The notes beneath the pieces were generated by a model, which had not been told where the DNA came from, did no database searches, and saw nothing but the letters and a program-made list of their open reading frames with translations. Source: Hypanus sabinus (Eukaryota). Taken from it: 64,000 nt of DNA. Location: assembly GCF_030144855.1 (NCBI RefSeq), contig NC_082725.1:39494001-39558000 (forward strand). Direction: 5' to 3'. Shown piece after piece: positions 12,580 through 26,727 of the stretch (position 1 is the first letter of the stretch; each line of letters opens with the position of its first letter). The translations under genes were made by a program, and so were the position numbers.

Positions 12580-14992
12580 TTAAATGAAAGGACATGGCCA
12601 TGACCCAGTATCTTTTTAGCAAAAGTACAGGTGCTGGAGAACAAGATTGAGGACCCAAGGACAAGATTGCTGTATTGGTAGGAAAAGAGGAATTGTTGCG
12701 TTCTGAATTTCATGGAGACATGGCTTATTCCAGACAAGCCAGTTACATCAGTAAGACCCGAAGGCTTCTCCATACACCATATGGACCGAACTGCTAGTTC
12801 AGAGAAGGCAGAAGCTGAGGGAGTACTGTGTTTCATGATAAACTCTGTGGTGCCCTGACACAACAGTCCTCTTACACTCTTGTTCACCCAACCCGGAACA
12901 TCTGAGAATTAATTTCAGATCACGCCAATGACGAAGAGAGTTCTCCTTTGTGATCCTGACTTCAGTTTACAGACCGCCAAAAGCAGGTAATAAAAGAAGG
13001 ACTGGATGGATTGAATGCCACAATTAGCAAACAAGAAAAGCCTACCCTGACACCTTTCAAATAATTGTCAGCGACTTCAATCAGACTTGCTTGAAGAAAA
13101 CTCTGCCCAATTGTCATCAACATATCACCTGTAGCACCAGGGTCTCATCAGTGGCATTCAGATCTGGCGACCAAGTTAAATATAAGAGGTCCAGGTACGA
13201 TCTCCAGAAAGCCATCTCGTGTGAAGTGGCAATTCTGGACCAAACTTGAATAACTGAACAATGCTCAACAGCTGCTTCAGGGCTTGAATCCCATCAGCTC
13301 CTAGGAAGTGAAACCAAGTGACATACTGTAGATGACAACAAGCCTTTGCTCCCAGATGGGCTCAATCTCTTTTCAGCTCACTTTGACCAATGGCACTGGG
13401 ATTTCTGTTGTCTAGTTGCACCTACGTCCACTATGAAGAAGTGCTTTAGGAGGGTGGTAATGAAACTCCTGCGTGAGAAGTGACTTGGATCTGTTTCAGT
13501 TTGCCCACCGTCACAACAGGTCAACAGCAGATGCCACTTCATTGGCTCTTCATTCAGTCCTGGAATATCTGGATAGTGAAGTTGCATACATCAGGATGTT
13601 CTTCATTGAACTAAGTTAGGCATTCAATAGTTTCATCCCCTCAGAACTAATCAATAAACTTCAAGACCTCGGCCTGAATACCTCCTTGTGCAACTTGATT
13701 CTCAATTTCCACACTTGCAGACCCTAGACAGTTTGGATTGGCAACAAATTCTCCCTCAGCACAGGTGCACCACAAGGCTGTGTGCTTGGCCCTCTGATCT
13801 ACTCGTTTTATATTTTTGATCTGAGGCTAAGTACAGCTCCAATGTCATACTTAAGTTTACCGATTATACCACTGTTGTCAGTCTAATCAGAAGTGGTGGC
13901 GTATCAGCATTTGGGAGAAAGATTGAAAATCAGGCTGAGTGTTGCCACAGCAACCACCTCTCACTCAACATTGGCAAGACCAAGCAGATGATTATTGAGT
14001 TCAGGAGGTGTGAAGTGACCTGACATATGTAATGAACAGAAGTTTTGAAAAATAGAGAAACACTTCATAAAGTGAAAATTGAAGATCTTGAATGTGTATT
14101 GAAAGAGTGGATTTGTCAGCATCAGAGTGAACATATTTTGCTTAACGGTGTGCTGATCGTGAAATAAGCAAAGCCGTATCATGACTAACTGAAAATTTAT
14201 TTAATTTTAAATTTTAGATAATTCATCAGTTTATCATGAAGCAGTGGAGAACTTCATTGATGAGTTTGAGAAGATCATCACTGATGAAAATCTAACAAGT
14301 GTACGATACTGATTGTTTTTATACCTTACAAAAAACCTAAAAGTAAAATACAAATACAGTATACTGTAAGCTTTTATCGAGACACAGGTAGAGACTGAAA
14401 GCCTGCCATTGGTGTTGCTCAATCGCTGATTCAGATATTCTCCCCATGCTGCTTTGCTGCTTTTGTTACCCTGCACACATTATATTTTCATTATTTTAAT
14501 GATACACAATTATTTTTGTTAATTACATATGTGTGCTGAACAAGTTTAAGACAAAGACTGCATACCAGTAGCACATAAACTTAAGAGACAGAAATGATGG
14601 CGAACCTAAACTATCTTACAATATATTCCAAAATCTGAAAAAATCTGAAATCTGAACTTCTCACCCCACCCCAAGCATTTTGGATAAAGGGTAGTCAACC
14701 TGCATTATTACTTTTTTGTTTGTCTTTCATTTTGTATTTACACAGTTTATTTCTTTAAATTTGGCTTCTTGGGTGTAGTCTTTCATCGATTTTATTGTGT
14801 TTCTTGTAATGACTGTGAATGCCTGCAAGGAAAGGAATCTTAGGGTTGTATATGGTGACATAAATGATCATTGATAATATAAAAAATGGAAAAGGCTTTA
14901 TAAGTAAAAAGTTTATGTAATACTTATGAATACCTTATCCAAATAAAAATAAAATTTAAAAAAAGAACATTGATAATAAATTTACTTTGAAC
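12580..14992 (+). mobile_element. Decayed Rex1/Babar LINE (endonuclease to 3' UTR) carrying nested insertions
   Basis: Remnants of FMETWL, GAPQGCVLGPLIYS, KFTDYTTVVSLI and LNIGKTKQMIIEFRR. 3' UTR at 14705-14992. Confidence 0.75.
14030..14702 (+). mobile_element. pogo/Tigger4(Zombi)-like DNA transposon relic, right TIR retained
   Basis: CENP-B-type HTH remnant EQKFKNRETLHKVKIEDLECVLKEWICQHQSEHILLNGVLI (with stops). The right end ccaaaatctgaaaaaatctgaaatctgaa..ccaagcattttggataaagggtagtcaacctg resembles the recalled Tigger4 end. Confidence 0.75.
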
Positions 14993-15058
14993 CTATCCTT
15001 ATCACTCCTCTTCCTCCTATCAGCGGCCCAGCTCTGATCCAGAAAACAACATATTATC

Positions 15059-16012
15059 GTGATTTTAATATATGACCTGGATGAGGAAGTTGAGGGATGG
15101 GTTAGTAAGTTTGCTGATGACACAAAGGTTGGGGGTGTTACGGATAGTGTGGAGGGCTGCAGAGGTTACACGCAGGACATTGATAGGATGCAAAACTGGG
15201 CTGAGAAGTGGCAGATGGAGTTCAACCTGGATAAGTGTGAGGTGTTTCATTTTGGTGGGTCAAATATGATGGCAGAATATAGCATTAATGGTAAGACTCT
15301 TGGCAGTGTGGAGGATCAGAGGGATCTTGGGATCCGAGTCCATAGGACACTCAAAGCTGCTGTGCAGGTTGACTCTGTGGAGAAGGCATATGGTGTATTA
15401 GCCTTTATCAACCATGGGACTGAGTTTAGGAGCTGAGAGGTAATGTTACAGCTATATAGGACCCTGGTCAGGCCCCATTTGGAGTATTGAGCTCAATTCT
15501 GGTCACCTCACTACAGCCAGGATGTGGAAACTATAGAAAGGGTGCAGAGGAGATTTACAAGGATGTTGTCTGGATTGGGGAGCATGCCTTCTGAGAATAG
15601 GTTGAGTGAACTTAGCCTTTTCTCCTTGGTTTGGCAGAGGATGAGAGGTGACCTGTCAGAGGTGTATAAGATGATGAGAGGCATTGATCATGTGGATAGA
15701 CTTTTTCCCAGGGCTTAAATGGCTAACACGAGAGAGCACAGTTTTAAGTTGCTTGGAGATAGGTACAGAGGAGATGTCAGGGGTAAGTTTTTTTTTAAAT
15801 GCAGACAGTGGTGAGTGTGTGGAATGGGCTGCCGGCGGTGGTGGTGGAGGCGGATACGATAGGTTCTTTTAAGTGACTCCTGGATGGGTACATGGAGTTA
15901 GAAAAATAGAGAGCTATGGCTAATCTTAGGTAATTTCTAAGGTAAGGATATGTTTGGCGCAGCTTTGTGGGCCAAAAGGCCTGTATTGTGCTGTAGGTTT
16001 TCTATGTTTCTG
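15059..16012 (+). mobile_element. CR1 LINE 3' portion, decayed
   Basis: Motifs SKFADDTKVGG, WAEKWQMEFN and ERVQRRFTRML, with a CR1 tail. Confidence 0.9.
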
Positions 16013-16634
16013 TCTATACCTGGATCAGTATTTCAGTGCCTCCTGTACCATTTCACTGATTGCTTTATAACTGATAGCAGTTGGTAACTGCAGTTAAACA
16101 TTAACAGTTTTAAATTCTGACTACCCTTAACTCTTACCAAGAAATGCCATTCACAGGTTCAATATTGATCAGAACTACCCAAGTCCAAGTCAGAAAGAGA
16201 GCTTAATGATAGATGCAGCCACATTTCTCCCTTCAGTTCCTTGTTGGATGACCACATGCAGCAACGGGAGAGACTCCACGGCCTTATGACCTTTGTGATT
16301 TACTCCAGGTATATCTGGCACAGGTTTAGAATTTCCATTCCAATACAATTTCCTGCCTGGAAGTTGATGAAGATAATTATTGTATTCTAATGTTTTAATT
16401 ATTTATTGGAAATTAATGCATCCTAATGAGCATTTAAATTGCTTTTTTAAAAATACGTAAGGCTATTTAAATTGTTAAATATTTTTGCAGAGAAGAGGTA
16501 TTTTCAAAAACCTTGCAATCCCTACTTAGTCCGTTGAGCCCTAATAATAAGTCTGTTCCAAGGCATCCAAAGCCACTTCTCCTCATCAGGAAATGGTTGC
16601 TCACCATCTACCCTATCAAATCTCTTTACAGTCA

Positions 16635-17300
16635 TAGAACATTGAACACTACAGAACAGAAACAGGCCCTTCAGCCCATCTAGTCCATGCCAAATCATTA
16701 ATCTGCTTAGCCTGATTGACCTGCACCTGGACCATGGCCCTCCATATCTCTCCCATCCATATACCTATCCAATTTTCTCTTAAATGTTGAAATTGACCGC
16801 TCATCTACCACTTGGGCTGGCAGCTTCCTACATGATGAGTGAAGAAGTTTATTTATTCATTGAGATACACTGCAGAGGAGGCCCTTCTGGCCCTTCGAGC
16901 CGTGCCACCCAGAAATCGCCCAATTTAATCCTAGCATAATCATGGGACAATTTTCAACGACCAGTTAAACTACCAACCGGCACTTCTCTGGACTTTGGGA
17001 TAAAACCCACGCGGTCACAGGGAGAACATACAAACTCCTTAGAGGCAGTGGCGGGAATTGAACCAGGGTCACTGGCACTTTAAAGCATTGTGCGAACTAT
17101 TACACTACCACGTCCTCCAGATCCCCCTCTCATATCCCCTTAAACATTTCACCTTAAGCCCATTACCTCTAGTTGTAAACATCTCAGTTAAATCACCTCA
17201 TAATATTCCAATCCACGCAGTCTAGTCTTGACATGTAAGCCTTTCAGCCTTGATGTCATGCTGATGAATCTGTGTAGCATTCTCTACAATGCTAATAGAT
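16635..17300 (-). mobile_element. CR1 3' end interrupted by a V-SINE/HE1-like SINE (16849-17112, -)
   Basis: CR1 tail catagaacattgaacactacag..acaggcccttcagcccatc. SINE core acccacgcggtcacagggagaacatacaaactcc with the tRNA B-box-like gggaattgaaccagggtc. Confidence 0.75.
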
Positions 17301-17554
17301 TCTTCTTGAGGGCCAGTGCCAAAGCATTTTAGTTGGAACCTCATCTGGGTGTTGTTGTTGTTGTTTTTTTTAAACAGAGGTAGTTCCTGCAGTTACTCTG
17401 TATTTGCGTTTCTCAATAGAAAGCTATAGTGAACTCCATGTGCCATGGCTTTGCCCACACACTTATTCTGCAAGTAGCTGTTTAAATATTCTGCTCCCTT
17501 TATATTATTCACTGTATTGCCAAATTCATTTTTAAGTACAAGATGACCAAAAAT

Positions 17555-18700
17555 TATAAGCAAAAGGAACAGAAATAGGCCATTTGGTGTGACTGCTCCA
17601 CCATTTGATCATGGCTGATTATTACCCCTCTCAACTCCATTTTCCTGCCTTTTCCCCATAACCTTTGATGCCATCACTAATCGAGAATCTATCAAACTCT
17701 GCTTTAAATAAACCAAATGAACTGGCCTTCACAGCCATCTATTGCAATAAATTCCACAGATATACTGCCTCTCGCTAAATTCTTCATCTCCTTTCTGAAG
17801 GGATGTCTTTGTATTCTGAGGCTGTGCCTTCTTGTCCTAGACTCTGCTACTATCAGAAATAATCTCACCACGTCCATGTATGCACCCCTTTCAATGTTCA
17901 ATTAGTTTCAATGAGATCCCACCATCCTCATTCTTCTAACTCAAACAAGTTTAATCCGAGGGCCATTAAATGGTCCTCTAACAATAACCCTTTTATTCCT
18001 GGGATAATTCTCATGATCCTCCTCTGGTTACTCTCTGATGCCAGTAAATCCTTTCTTAGCCCAAACCTGCTGAGTTCAAGAGACACGAGGTATTGTTAAA
18101 GGTATGCAAGACCTTAGTTAGACCCCACTTAGAGTATTGTGTTCTGTTCAGGTCACCTCACCACAGGAAGGATGTGGATACTATAGAGAGAGTGCAGAGG
18201 AGATTTACAAGGTTGCTGCCTGGATTGGAGAGCATGCCTTATGAAAATAGGTCGAATGAACTTGGCCGTTTCTCCTTGGAATGTTGAAGGATGAGAGGTG
18301 ACCTGATAGAGCTGTACAAGATGGTGAGAGGCAGTGATTGTGTGGATAGCCAGAGGCCTTTTCCCAGGGCTGAAATGCCTAACATGAGGAGGCACAGTTT
18401 TAAGATGTTTAGAAGTAGGTACAAGGTGAATGTCAGAGGTGAGTTGGTTTTTTTTAAAAACACACAGAGAGCGGTGGGTATGTGGAATGCACAGCCACCA
18501 ACAGTGGTAGAGGTGGATACAATAGGGTATTTTAAGAGACTCTTGCTAGGTACATGGAGCTTAGGATAACAGAGGGCTATGCAGTAGGGTAATTCTAGGC
18601 AGTTTCTAGAGTAGGTTACATGGTCACTGTGGGCTGAAAGGCCTGTACTGTAGATTTGTATGATTCTATAGTCCAAATGTGGTCTGCCCAATGCCTTAAA
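17555..18700. mobile_element. Minus-strand CR1 3' end with a plus-strand CR1 3' fragment (18071-18668) inserted into it
   Basis: The minus-strand sequence ccaaacctgct|...|gtccaaatgtggtctgcccaatgcc is split by a plus-strand fragment encoding LVRPHLEYCVLFRSPH..ERVQRRFTRLLPG. Confidence 0.8.
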
Positions 18701-19889
18701 AAGCTGTTTTTGTGTACATCCTTACCATCTTTTTCTGCTTTCTAACAAGCTCCTTACTTTCTCTTGATCAGTTACCACAGACTATGGTAGAATAGAATAT
18801 TCGGCCAAAAATGTACAAGTACAAATATCAGGTCCTGATACATGGTTTTAACCTGAAATGTTGACAATTCATTTTGATTTACAGATACTGATCCACTCAA
18901 TGAGTAACTCCAGGGGAACTTTTTTGTTGACCAGAACTTGGCAGTTTGTCTCTCTTACATTTAATTTGATACTTCATCGACATTCTATTTTGGTAAACAT
19001 GTACACTGAATCAGGTTAGGCCATTTTTTTGTTTCCTACCAAAGTCTTTAGGATACTTCTCAATATTCATTCATGGCTTCACCAGTTAAAGACTTGACCT
19101 CATCTTTTGTGGTGTACGTTTAGAGCATCACGTTCAAAGTCAGCACCACCTATATTTAAACATCTGGTCATAACTCTCACACATAATGTTCCAACAAATC
19201 ATATTGTAGTTGCTGTAACCTTTGATGTTATAGGCAGATTTTTAAGAAAGATGTGCAGAGGTAGTTGGGAGTGAGCAGAACCTCTTAGGAATCAACTGGG
19301 TTTTAAAATCTCTCGGAGCTGATAACTTGCTTTGAGCAAGGATAGTGATGCTGCAGTTTTTTCATAAAAGTGTTACACAAGGTAATGAGTGTTGTAAATC
19401 AGTATCAACAGGTCAAGTTTCTACTAAGCAAAATAATTTTTGAGTAGAAATCAAGAATAATGCTATAGATACTTTTTCAAAATTGCTAAACCTAGTGTGT
19501 ATATGGCTAAAGAAGAAACTGGTGAACATCTGAGTGAAGCCACACACTGATACATAGTATTTCAAACTGGTAGAAAGAAAGGTAACAGTAAGAAAATGGT
19601 AACCTAAAATAACACACACACACACACACACACCCCCCCCCCCCATGCTGGAGGAACTCTGCACACCAAGCAGTGTCAATAGAAAAGAATAAAGAGTCAA
19701 CATTTTTGGCTGAGATTCGTCATCAGGACTCATAAAAAATATAAATAAAACAATGGTTTTACAGAACCAGGTGCCAGCTTTGCTATTTGAGGTGAAGCTT
19801 AACACAAAGAGAATAAGAAACAATTTTGGGTAAGTGGCTCTCTGGAAATTGGGAGGTTAAATGATTCAGTACTGTAGTAATTGTTTTAG

Positions 19890-21660
19890 ACATGATAGAG
19901 CGGGAGGAATTAAAGATAAAGGGGTGGTATTACTTGGAAAACGTCACGGTAGTTATCAGTCAGGACAGAATGGAGGGCTCATCTACTGAGGCTTTATGGG
20001 TAGAGCTGGGGAGTAAGAAAGGTCTGACCACATTAATGGGATTGTATTATAGACCACCTAACAGTCGGTGGGATTTAGAGAAGCAAATTTGTAGAGAGTT
20101 TCTTATGTGCAAGAAAATTAAGGTTGTGATAGTAGGTGATTTTAACTTTGCACATAGTGATTGGGACTCCCATACTGTAAAAGGGCAAGATGAGTTTGCC
20201 AGATGTGTTCAGGAAAGTTTCCTGAATCAGAGCATAGAAATCCCAACTAAAGAGTGAGTGATAGTAGATCTCCTATTAGGGAATAAGACAGGGCAGGTGA
20301 TAGAAGTTGTGTTTGGAAACACTTTGCATTTAGTAAGAATAATGCCATTAGTTTCAAGGCAATTATGAAAAAGAGTAGGTCTGGTCCTTGGGTTGAGATT
20401 CTAAATTGAAGAAAGGCCAGTTTTAATGGTATCAGAATGGATCTGGCATGTATGGATTGAGATGGACTGTTTTCTAGCAAAGGTGCACTTGTTAAAAGGC
20501 AGACCTTAAAAAGTAAATTTGAGAGTACGGAGTTGTCAGAATAAAAGGCAAGGATAACAGGTTTAGGGAACTTTGGTTTTTGAGAGATATTGAGGCCCTG
20601 TTAAAAAAAAAGGAATGCATATAGCAGATAGACAGGCAGAAGCAAATGAAGTACTTGAGTACAAGAAATGCAAGAGAACACTTTTCTCTGGCACACAAGG
20701 TAAAGGAGAATCTCAAAGGGCTTCTGCAGATAAATTAAGTGCAAAAGGATAGCAAGGGACAAAATTGGTCCTCTGGATAACAGAGTGGTAATCTATGTGT
20801 GGAGCCAAATGAGATGGGGGAGATCTTAAACAGACTTTTTGCATCTGTATTTACTTGGGAAATGGACACATTCCTCTGCAGGTATGAGGAAATTCAGTGG
20901 CAAGATCATGGGTGCTATACAGATTACAAAAGAGGAGGTGTTTGCTGTTTTGAGGTAAATTAAGGTAGATAAATCCTTAGGGCCCTCGGAAGGCTAGTGC
21001 AGAAATTACAGTGGCCCTAGCAGACATATTTAAACACTCTTAGTCGTGAGTGAGGTGCTGGAGGATTGGACAATAGCTAACGTTGTTCTGTTGTTTAAGA
21101 AGGGCTCTAAAAGCAAGCCAGGAAATTATGGGCTGATGATCCTGACATCAGTAATGGGAAAGTAATTGCAAGGTATTCTCAGGGACTAGATGTATAAGTA
21201 CTTGGATAGTCAGGGACTGATTAGGGGTAGTCAACATGGTTTTGCATGTGATAAGTCATGTCTAAACAATCTTATAGAGACTTTTGAAGAAGTTACCAGG
21301 AAAGTTGATGAAGGCAAGGCGGTGGATGCTGTCTACATGGACTTTTGCAAGGCCTTTGGCAAGGTCCTGCATGGGAAATTGGTCAAGAAGGTTCTGGCTC
21401 TTGACATTCAAAATGAGGTAGTGAATTGGATTAGACATTGGCTTTGTGGAAGAGGCTAGAGAGTGGTTGTTGATGGTTAGCTCACTGACTGGTGGACGCA
21501 TGGTCGATTTTCAACATTTAAGGACATATGGATAGGTACATGCATGAGAGGGGTATGAAGGGCTAAGGTTAGAGTCCAGGTTGATAGGACTAAGCAAATT
21601 AATGGTTTGACACAAACTAAATGGGCCAAAAGGCCTGTTTCCATGCTGTGATGACTCTGC
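19890..21660 (+). mobile_element. Decayed CR1 ORF2 with internal deletion
   Basis: Motifs GLYYRPPNS, VIVGDFNF, QHGF and VDAVYMDFCKAF. The sequence jumps to the 3' UTR near 21500. Confidence 0.9.
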
Positions 21661-24544
21661 GAGTCCAGAGGTCTATGATGGATTGCTAGGCAAATGGATT
21701 GGGTCACAAGCAAAGATCAAAGTAATGGAGCAGGGTTTGAGAACTAAATGCTGTGGAGCCACTATACTTAGAGATTCTCTCATGTTGACAGGAAGCAACA
21801 TAGAACAACTCGATGGAAGCTTCTCCATTCTTTAAACGGGTATTCACAGCACACAAGATGACATCTCAGCCAATATACCAGTTCAATTCATGCCAGTTGC
21901 CTATTCCTTCTCTGGTGGATTATACACCAAACTGTGCCAAAGGCTACAGAGAGGTTGGAGAGTGTTAATAAACAATGGCCATAGGCGCACAGAGAAGGTT
22001 TGATACACAAAGTGATGTAATTGGAAAAGAGAAGTGGACTTAGCGCTCAGAGTAGTCAGCGAATAAATATAATGAAGAGAAAAGAAGTTGAAGTCTGGGC
22101 TATAGCTAATGCAGAGGAATGAGACAGAAAGATGAGTGAGTGAGTGAGTTCTTGTTAGGTTTGGGGGGTGGAAGTGTCAGGCAACTGGCTGTACAAAATA
22201 ATTTGGGGGTTTCAGTTTCAGTTGCCTATCCTGTAAGTGGACCACCAAACTTTGAATTCAGAAGCTTGGCCTTACTGCTCAAAAATGTGTTATGGGTTAG
22301 GTTTTTATTCTAGACTAATAAATATTTCAGAAAGGCAAGGATATTTCTTAGACCATAAATCAGACAGGCATTGGGAGATTGATTTTTCTTTACAGTAAAT
22401 TTCAATCTATTCCATATCACTATGCAATAGAAAATAGTTCCTGGTAATCTTACTTCAGCAGACAACCATCTCCAAAGCTATCCTGCCTTAACAATCCGTA
22501 ACATTCAGATTCCAAGTTCTTCCAGTGCCTTGTCCTTCAACCAGTAGCTTATTTCTGAGAGTGGCATGGTTCTGCATCTGGGGTTAGTCAGTGAAATTGG
22601 CAATTAAAATTCTACCACATATCTGAAACCTCCATCCCCCAGGGCTTATATTGCTTTCAGTGGGAAGCATCATTTTTTTCTCTGGAATCTGGTTAAACAC
22701 CACTCCCTATCTTAAGCTAATCATTTTTGTTAACAATGTCAATGAGATCTGGCTATTAGATCAATTACACATTGCCTGCCTGACAAAGACCAGAAAATCT
22801 GTGGATGCTGGAAATCCAAAGCAACACACACAAAATGCTGAAGGAACTCAGCTGGCCATGCAGCACCTTTGGAAAAGAGAAAACTATCCACATTTCGGGA
22901 TGAGATACCCCGTCAAGATGTGTCAGGTCCTTTTGTGTTAAACTTAACCCCAAAGCAAAAACAAAATCAACCCAATGTTTGGTAGAGGCTACAAGACAGA
23001 GAATCTGATACTGTGCTGTGGTCCTAGGTGACATAATCACCAAAAAGGTGTGGTGGGGAAGGAGTACAATAGTTAAGTGATGGTCCACATATTGATGAGA
23101 AATTAATCCATGAGACACTCACAATGGAGATATCTGGGTGAAGGAAAATACAACCTGGTGGGCCAATTAACAAAAAATAATGAATAGTAATTATTGAAGG
23201 GGGAATAATTTGGCCAGCCAAAATAAAATGTGTTCAGCTATCTCTCTCAATAGAATTACTTAAGTTCAACCAAATAGTTTCCTGCCAATTGCAAGCTGTG
23301 AACACTACTCATTGGACATTGAGTAAGGTCAATTCTATAAAGCAATTAAGAAGTACCAATGGTATGCACAGAACAGTTTGTATTTACTACCAATTAAAAC
23401 AACTCACACTAAAAACCCCAAGGTTCTTTCGAGGGCAGGGGAGAATATATGAACAAACAAAGAAGATAAAGACATCAATCTTGATTATAGGTAAAGCAAT
23501 CAAGGTTATTGAACCTATTTATTTTTCCATAAATAAAAAGAAAGAAAAAAGTGATAAAGAAAAATAGTGTTCTATGTCTGAGCAAATTAAGAAAACAAGG
23601 ATGGAAACACCAGAGATGGAAATTTGAAGAGTTGGCAGCCATATACAAATACACTGGAGTAAGTGTTAGATGTTGGGCCAAAACATGGAGCAGATGCAAG
23701 GCAATTATAAGCTTGTTATTTCATGGTGGAATTTGAGTACAACACAGATCAGTGTCCAGAAGGAGATCAAGGCTGGATGAGGTCAGATTTGGCATAAAGC
23801 AGGGCAGTTTCCTTTCTGTGGACTAATTGGAATTTATGCACCTTGCAAGATAAGGGGCAAAGATAAGCAAAATCGTGGATGCAGCAATTAATGTAGTAGA
23901 CCAGGCTTCAAAATGATGTTTAAGCTTGAGTGGAACAGTTTTTATGTAATGCTTTGATTTATCAGAACCTTTATTTCCAGCTGTTTATATCATACAGCAT
24001 TCATCCTTTCATTTTATCTCCCAATGAAGCCACATTGATGTACTCTTTCCTGAAACACTTCCCTTTTTAGTGAATATTTTTCTATCCTTAATGTTGCACA
24101 CTAGTGTTTTGCCCATTTTGTCCTATTTGTTACAACACAGATGGGTGCCTCAGACATAGTTTTAACCTTAACAATTGCCTTCTACAAATAGTCCAATCAA
24201 CACTTGCAGAACAGCCAGTCATTTCACTAAATTCAGTCCTACCACATAGCAAAGATCAATACATCAATATGTACTGTGAATTTCAACTCATGCCAAATCC
24301 CAGTCACCACCCATTCCAACATATTCCTATTTGCACTGCCTTTTGTCAATGATTAACTTTAAGATTCACAGACTTCTATAATCCCCCTATGATCATCTCT
24401 CTCATTTCTGTAACTTTCATCTCTAAAACCCACCAAGATCTTTGTAATCCTTCAATTTTAGCTCTTGCACATCTTCCAAATTTCATTCCATCAATGTCAT
24501 TTGTCCCCCGTGATTGCATGGCTTAAACTATAGAACCTTTTAAT

Positions 24545-25074
24545 TCCCTTTCTGATATGCCTATCCATGGCCTCCTCTACTGTCAAGATGAAGCCACACT
24601 CAGGTTGGAGGAACAACACCTTATATTCTGTCTGGGTAGCCTCCAACCTGATGGCATGAACATTGATTTCTCTAACTTCTGTTAAGGCCCCTCCTCCCCT
24701 TCTTACCCCATCCCTTATTTATTCCCCCCCCCCTTTTTTCCTCTCTCTGCCCCTCTCACAGTCTTTGCCTGTTCTCCATTTCCCTCTGGTGCTCCTGTCC
24801 CCCCTTTCTTTCTCCCTAGGCCTCCTGTCCCATGATCCTTTCCCTTCTCCAGCTCTGTATCCCTTTTGTCAATCACCTTTCCAGCTCTTAGCTTCATCCC
24901 ACCCCCTCCGGTCTTCTCTTATCATTTTGGTTTTCCCCCTCCCACTTTCAAATCTCTTACTATCTTTTCTTTCAGTTAGTCCTAACGAAGGGTCTCAGCC
25001 TGAAACGTCAACTGTGCTTCTTCCTATAGATGCTGCCTGGCCTGCTGCATTCCACCAGCAATTTGTGTTTGTTG
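24545..25074 (+). mobile_element. Penelope-like element 3' end (endonuclease C-terminus, UTR, mutated hammerhead)
   Basis: Translates to HGLLYCQDEATLRLEEQHLIFCLGSLQPDGMNIDFSNFC*. A pyrimidine tract follows, then cctaacgaagggtctcagcctgaaacgtc. Confidence 0.88.
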
Positions 25075-25334
25075 GTTCAACCTTTTAATAACTAGCTTTT
25101 AATTATTCTTCTGATCAACCATAGAATTTGGTTCCATAATGCCATTGGGAAGGATATTAATGGCAACCAAGCTCAAGGATGGTATTTTTAAAATGGAAGT
25201 TACTGTGTTGCTTGACTCAATGAGCCAATGGATAACCTTGTTGAATTCTTCATCTATGTATTACTTTTGTACTCACATCTCGTATTATTGCCATTCTGTT
25301 CTAATTGGATGTTCTTCTATTCTGAGGCTAAGCC

Positions 25335-25600
25335 TTCTGAATAAATGAGACTCCCTTTAGAACAGAAATGAGGAGGAATTTCTTTAGTCAGGGAGCAGTG
25401 TATCTGTGGAGAACAAGTCATTGGGTATATTTCAAGAGGTTTATAGGTTTTTTATTAGTAAAGGCATCAAAGATTACAGGTGGAAGGCAGGAGAAATGGA
25501 TTGAGAAGAAAAATAAGACAATCATGATTGAATGGTGGAGCAGACTTGATGGGTCAAATAGCCTGAATCAGCTCATATGTCTTTTGGTCTTGTCTTATTA
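25335..25600 (+). mobile_element. CR1 3' end fragment
   Basis: EMRRNFFSQGAVYLW motif and a CR1-type UTR. Confidence 0.7.
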
Positions 25601-26727
25601 TTAGATATTTTCATTTAGTAGTTAATAGCCCAAGATAGGAAATAGGAAGAAATAAATCCAAAATAAAATAAATCGCTATTGATTTAAACAGCCCGTTATT
25701 TAATAAAGTTGAGTGATTCTTTTTTAATCACACCAGTCTCATGATGAAATAAAACCTTATGTGCTGAATTTAAAAATTCTCCTACTGACAATATTCTTTC
25801 TAAAGGATTAAGAACTGATTCCTTTCATTGGCATGTTCAATACAATCAAGGTGCTTTTCTTGGGCTAAAAGTGAAGCTGCAAGCTAGCTTGGTGTGGGGA
25901 GAATGTTAAATCTAAAGACCTTGAACTAAAGGCTAAAAAGCAAAACAAAATTCCTCAGAGTTGTACCTTTAATATATGTTACTTTGCAATGCTTATCTAA
26001 CTCAGCAGAGGTCCAAGTAAGTAAACACAAAGATCTAAACCAGATGCCTTGGCAAGATGTTCCAAGAACATTGTTCTTGGAGAAGTAATCCTTGCACTGC
26101 AGCTCTCCTCATTTTACATTAATATTTGTTGTCATGCTACTTGCATCAAATTAGAATTATACAATATCCACAAAACTTATCAACTTGTAAATACTTGTTG
26201 CCCTGTCAATAGGGAACGTTTGCCCAAATCTGCACCCTTTTTTCATCCCAACTGTAATCCTCCTGATGAAAAAGAGGTTTAGGAGAGCACACAAGGCTCC
26301 TCACCTGGCCTGAACAGTACTCTAAATCTCTCAATCTAAACATTTCACTTTTTAGAAGCATGTGAGATGGCCTGGATGAAGGGTCATGACCTGAAATGTC
26401 CATCGTCCATTTTCCTCTATAGATGCTGCCTGACCCACCAAGTTCCTCCAGCATCTCATGTGCTGCTGCAGATTCCAGCAAGTACAGCCTCGGTCTGTGA
26501 TCAGAAGAGAGATAGTTGATGGTGGATGACCTACTGAACAGTCAGGGAGGGTGCTTGGAGATCATGGTCTGAGAATGGATAACAAGGCTCTGAGAATTTT
26601 GGATGGGAAGGCAATGTTGTAAGTATTTATCTTTTGTTTCCCCATTTTGACGGCTCATGTTTCTCTAGTGCTGGCAGCAACTACCTCAAGACAAACAATC
26701 CATTTACTAACAGTCAAATACGAGTAA

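Noticed and set aside
17040-17112. tRNA-like B-box sequence
   Set aside because: It is the head of a tRNA-derived V-SINE, with no complete cloverleaf.
24975-25012. Other hammerhead copies as active ribozymes (24980, 19700, 26370, 38650, 56165, 59950, 62070, 62700)
   Set aside because: Each has a substitution or indel in the CTGAnGA or GAAA core. The copy at 52891-52924 has an intact core, but truncation leaves only 2 bp of stem I.
24663-25088. Pro/Leu/Ser-rich ORFs here and at 9924-10232, 38536-38913, 57960-58451 and 61913-62317
   Set aside because: These are chance open frames across the pyrimidine-rich Penelope 3' UTR, not genes.
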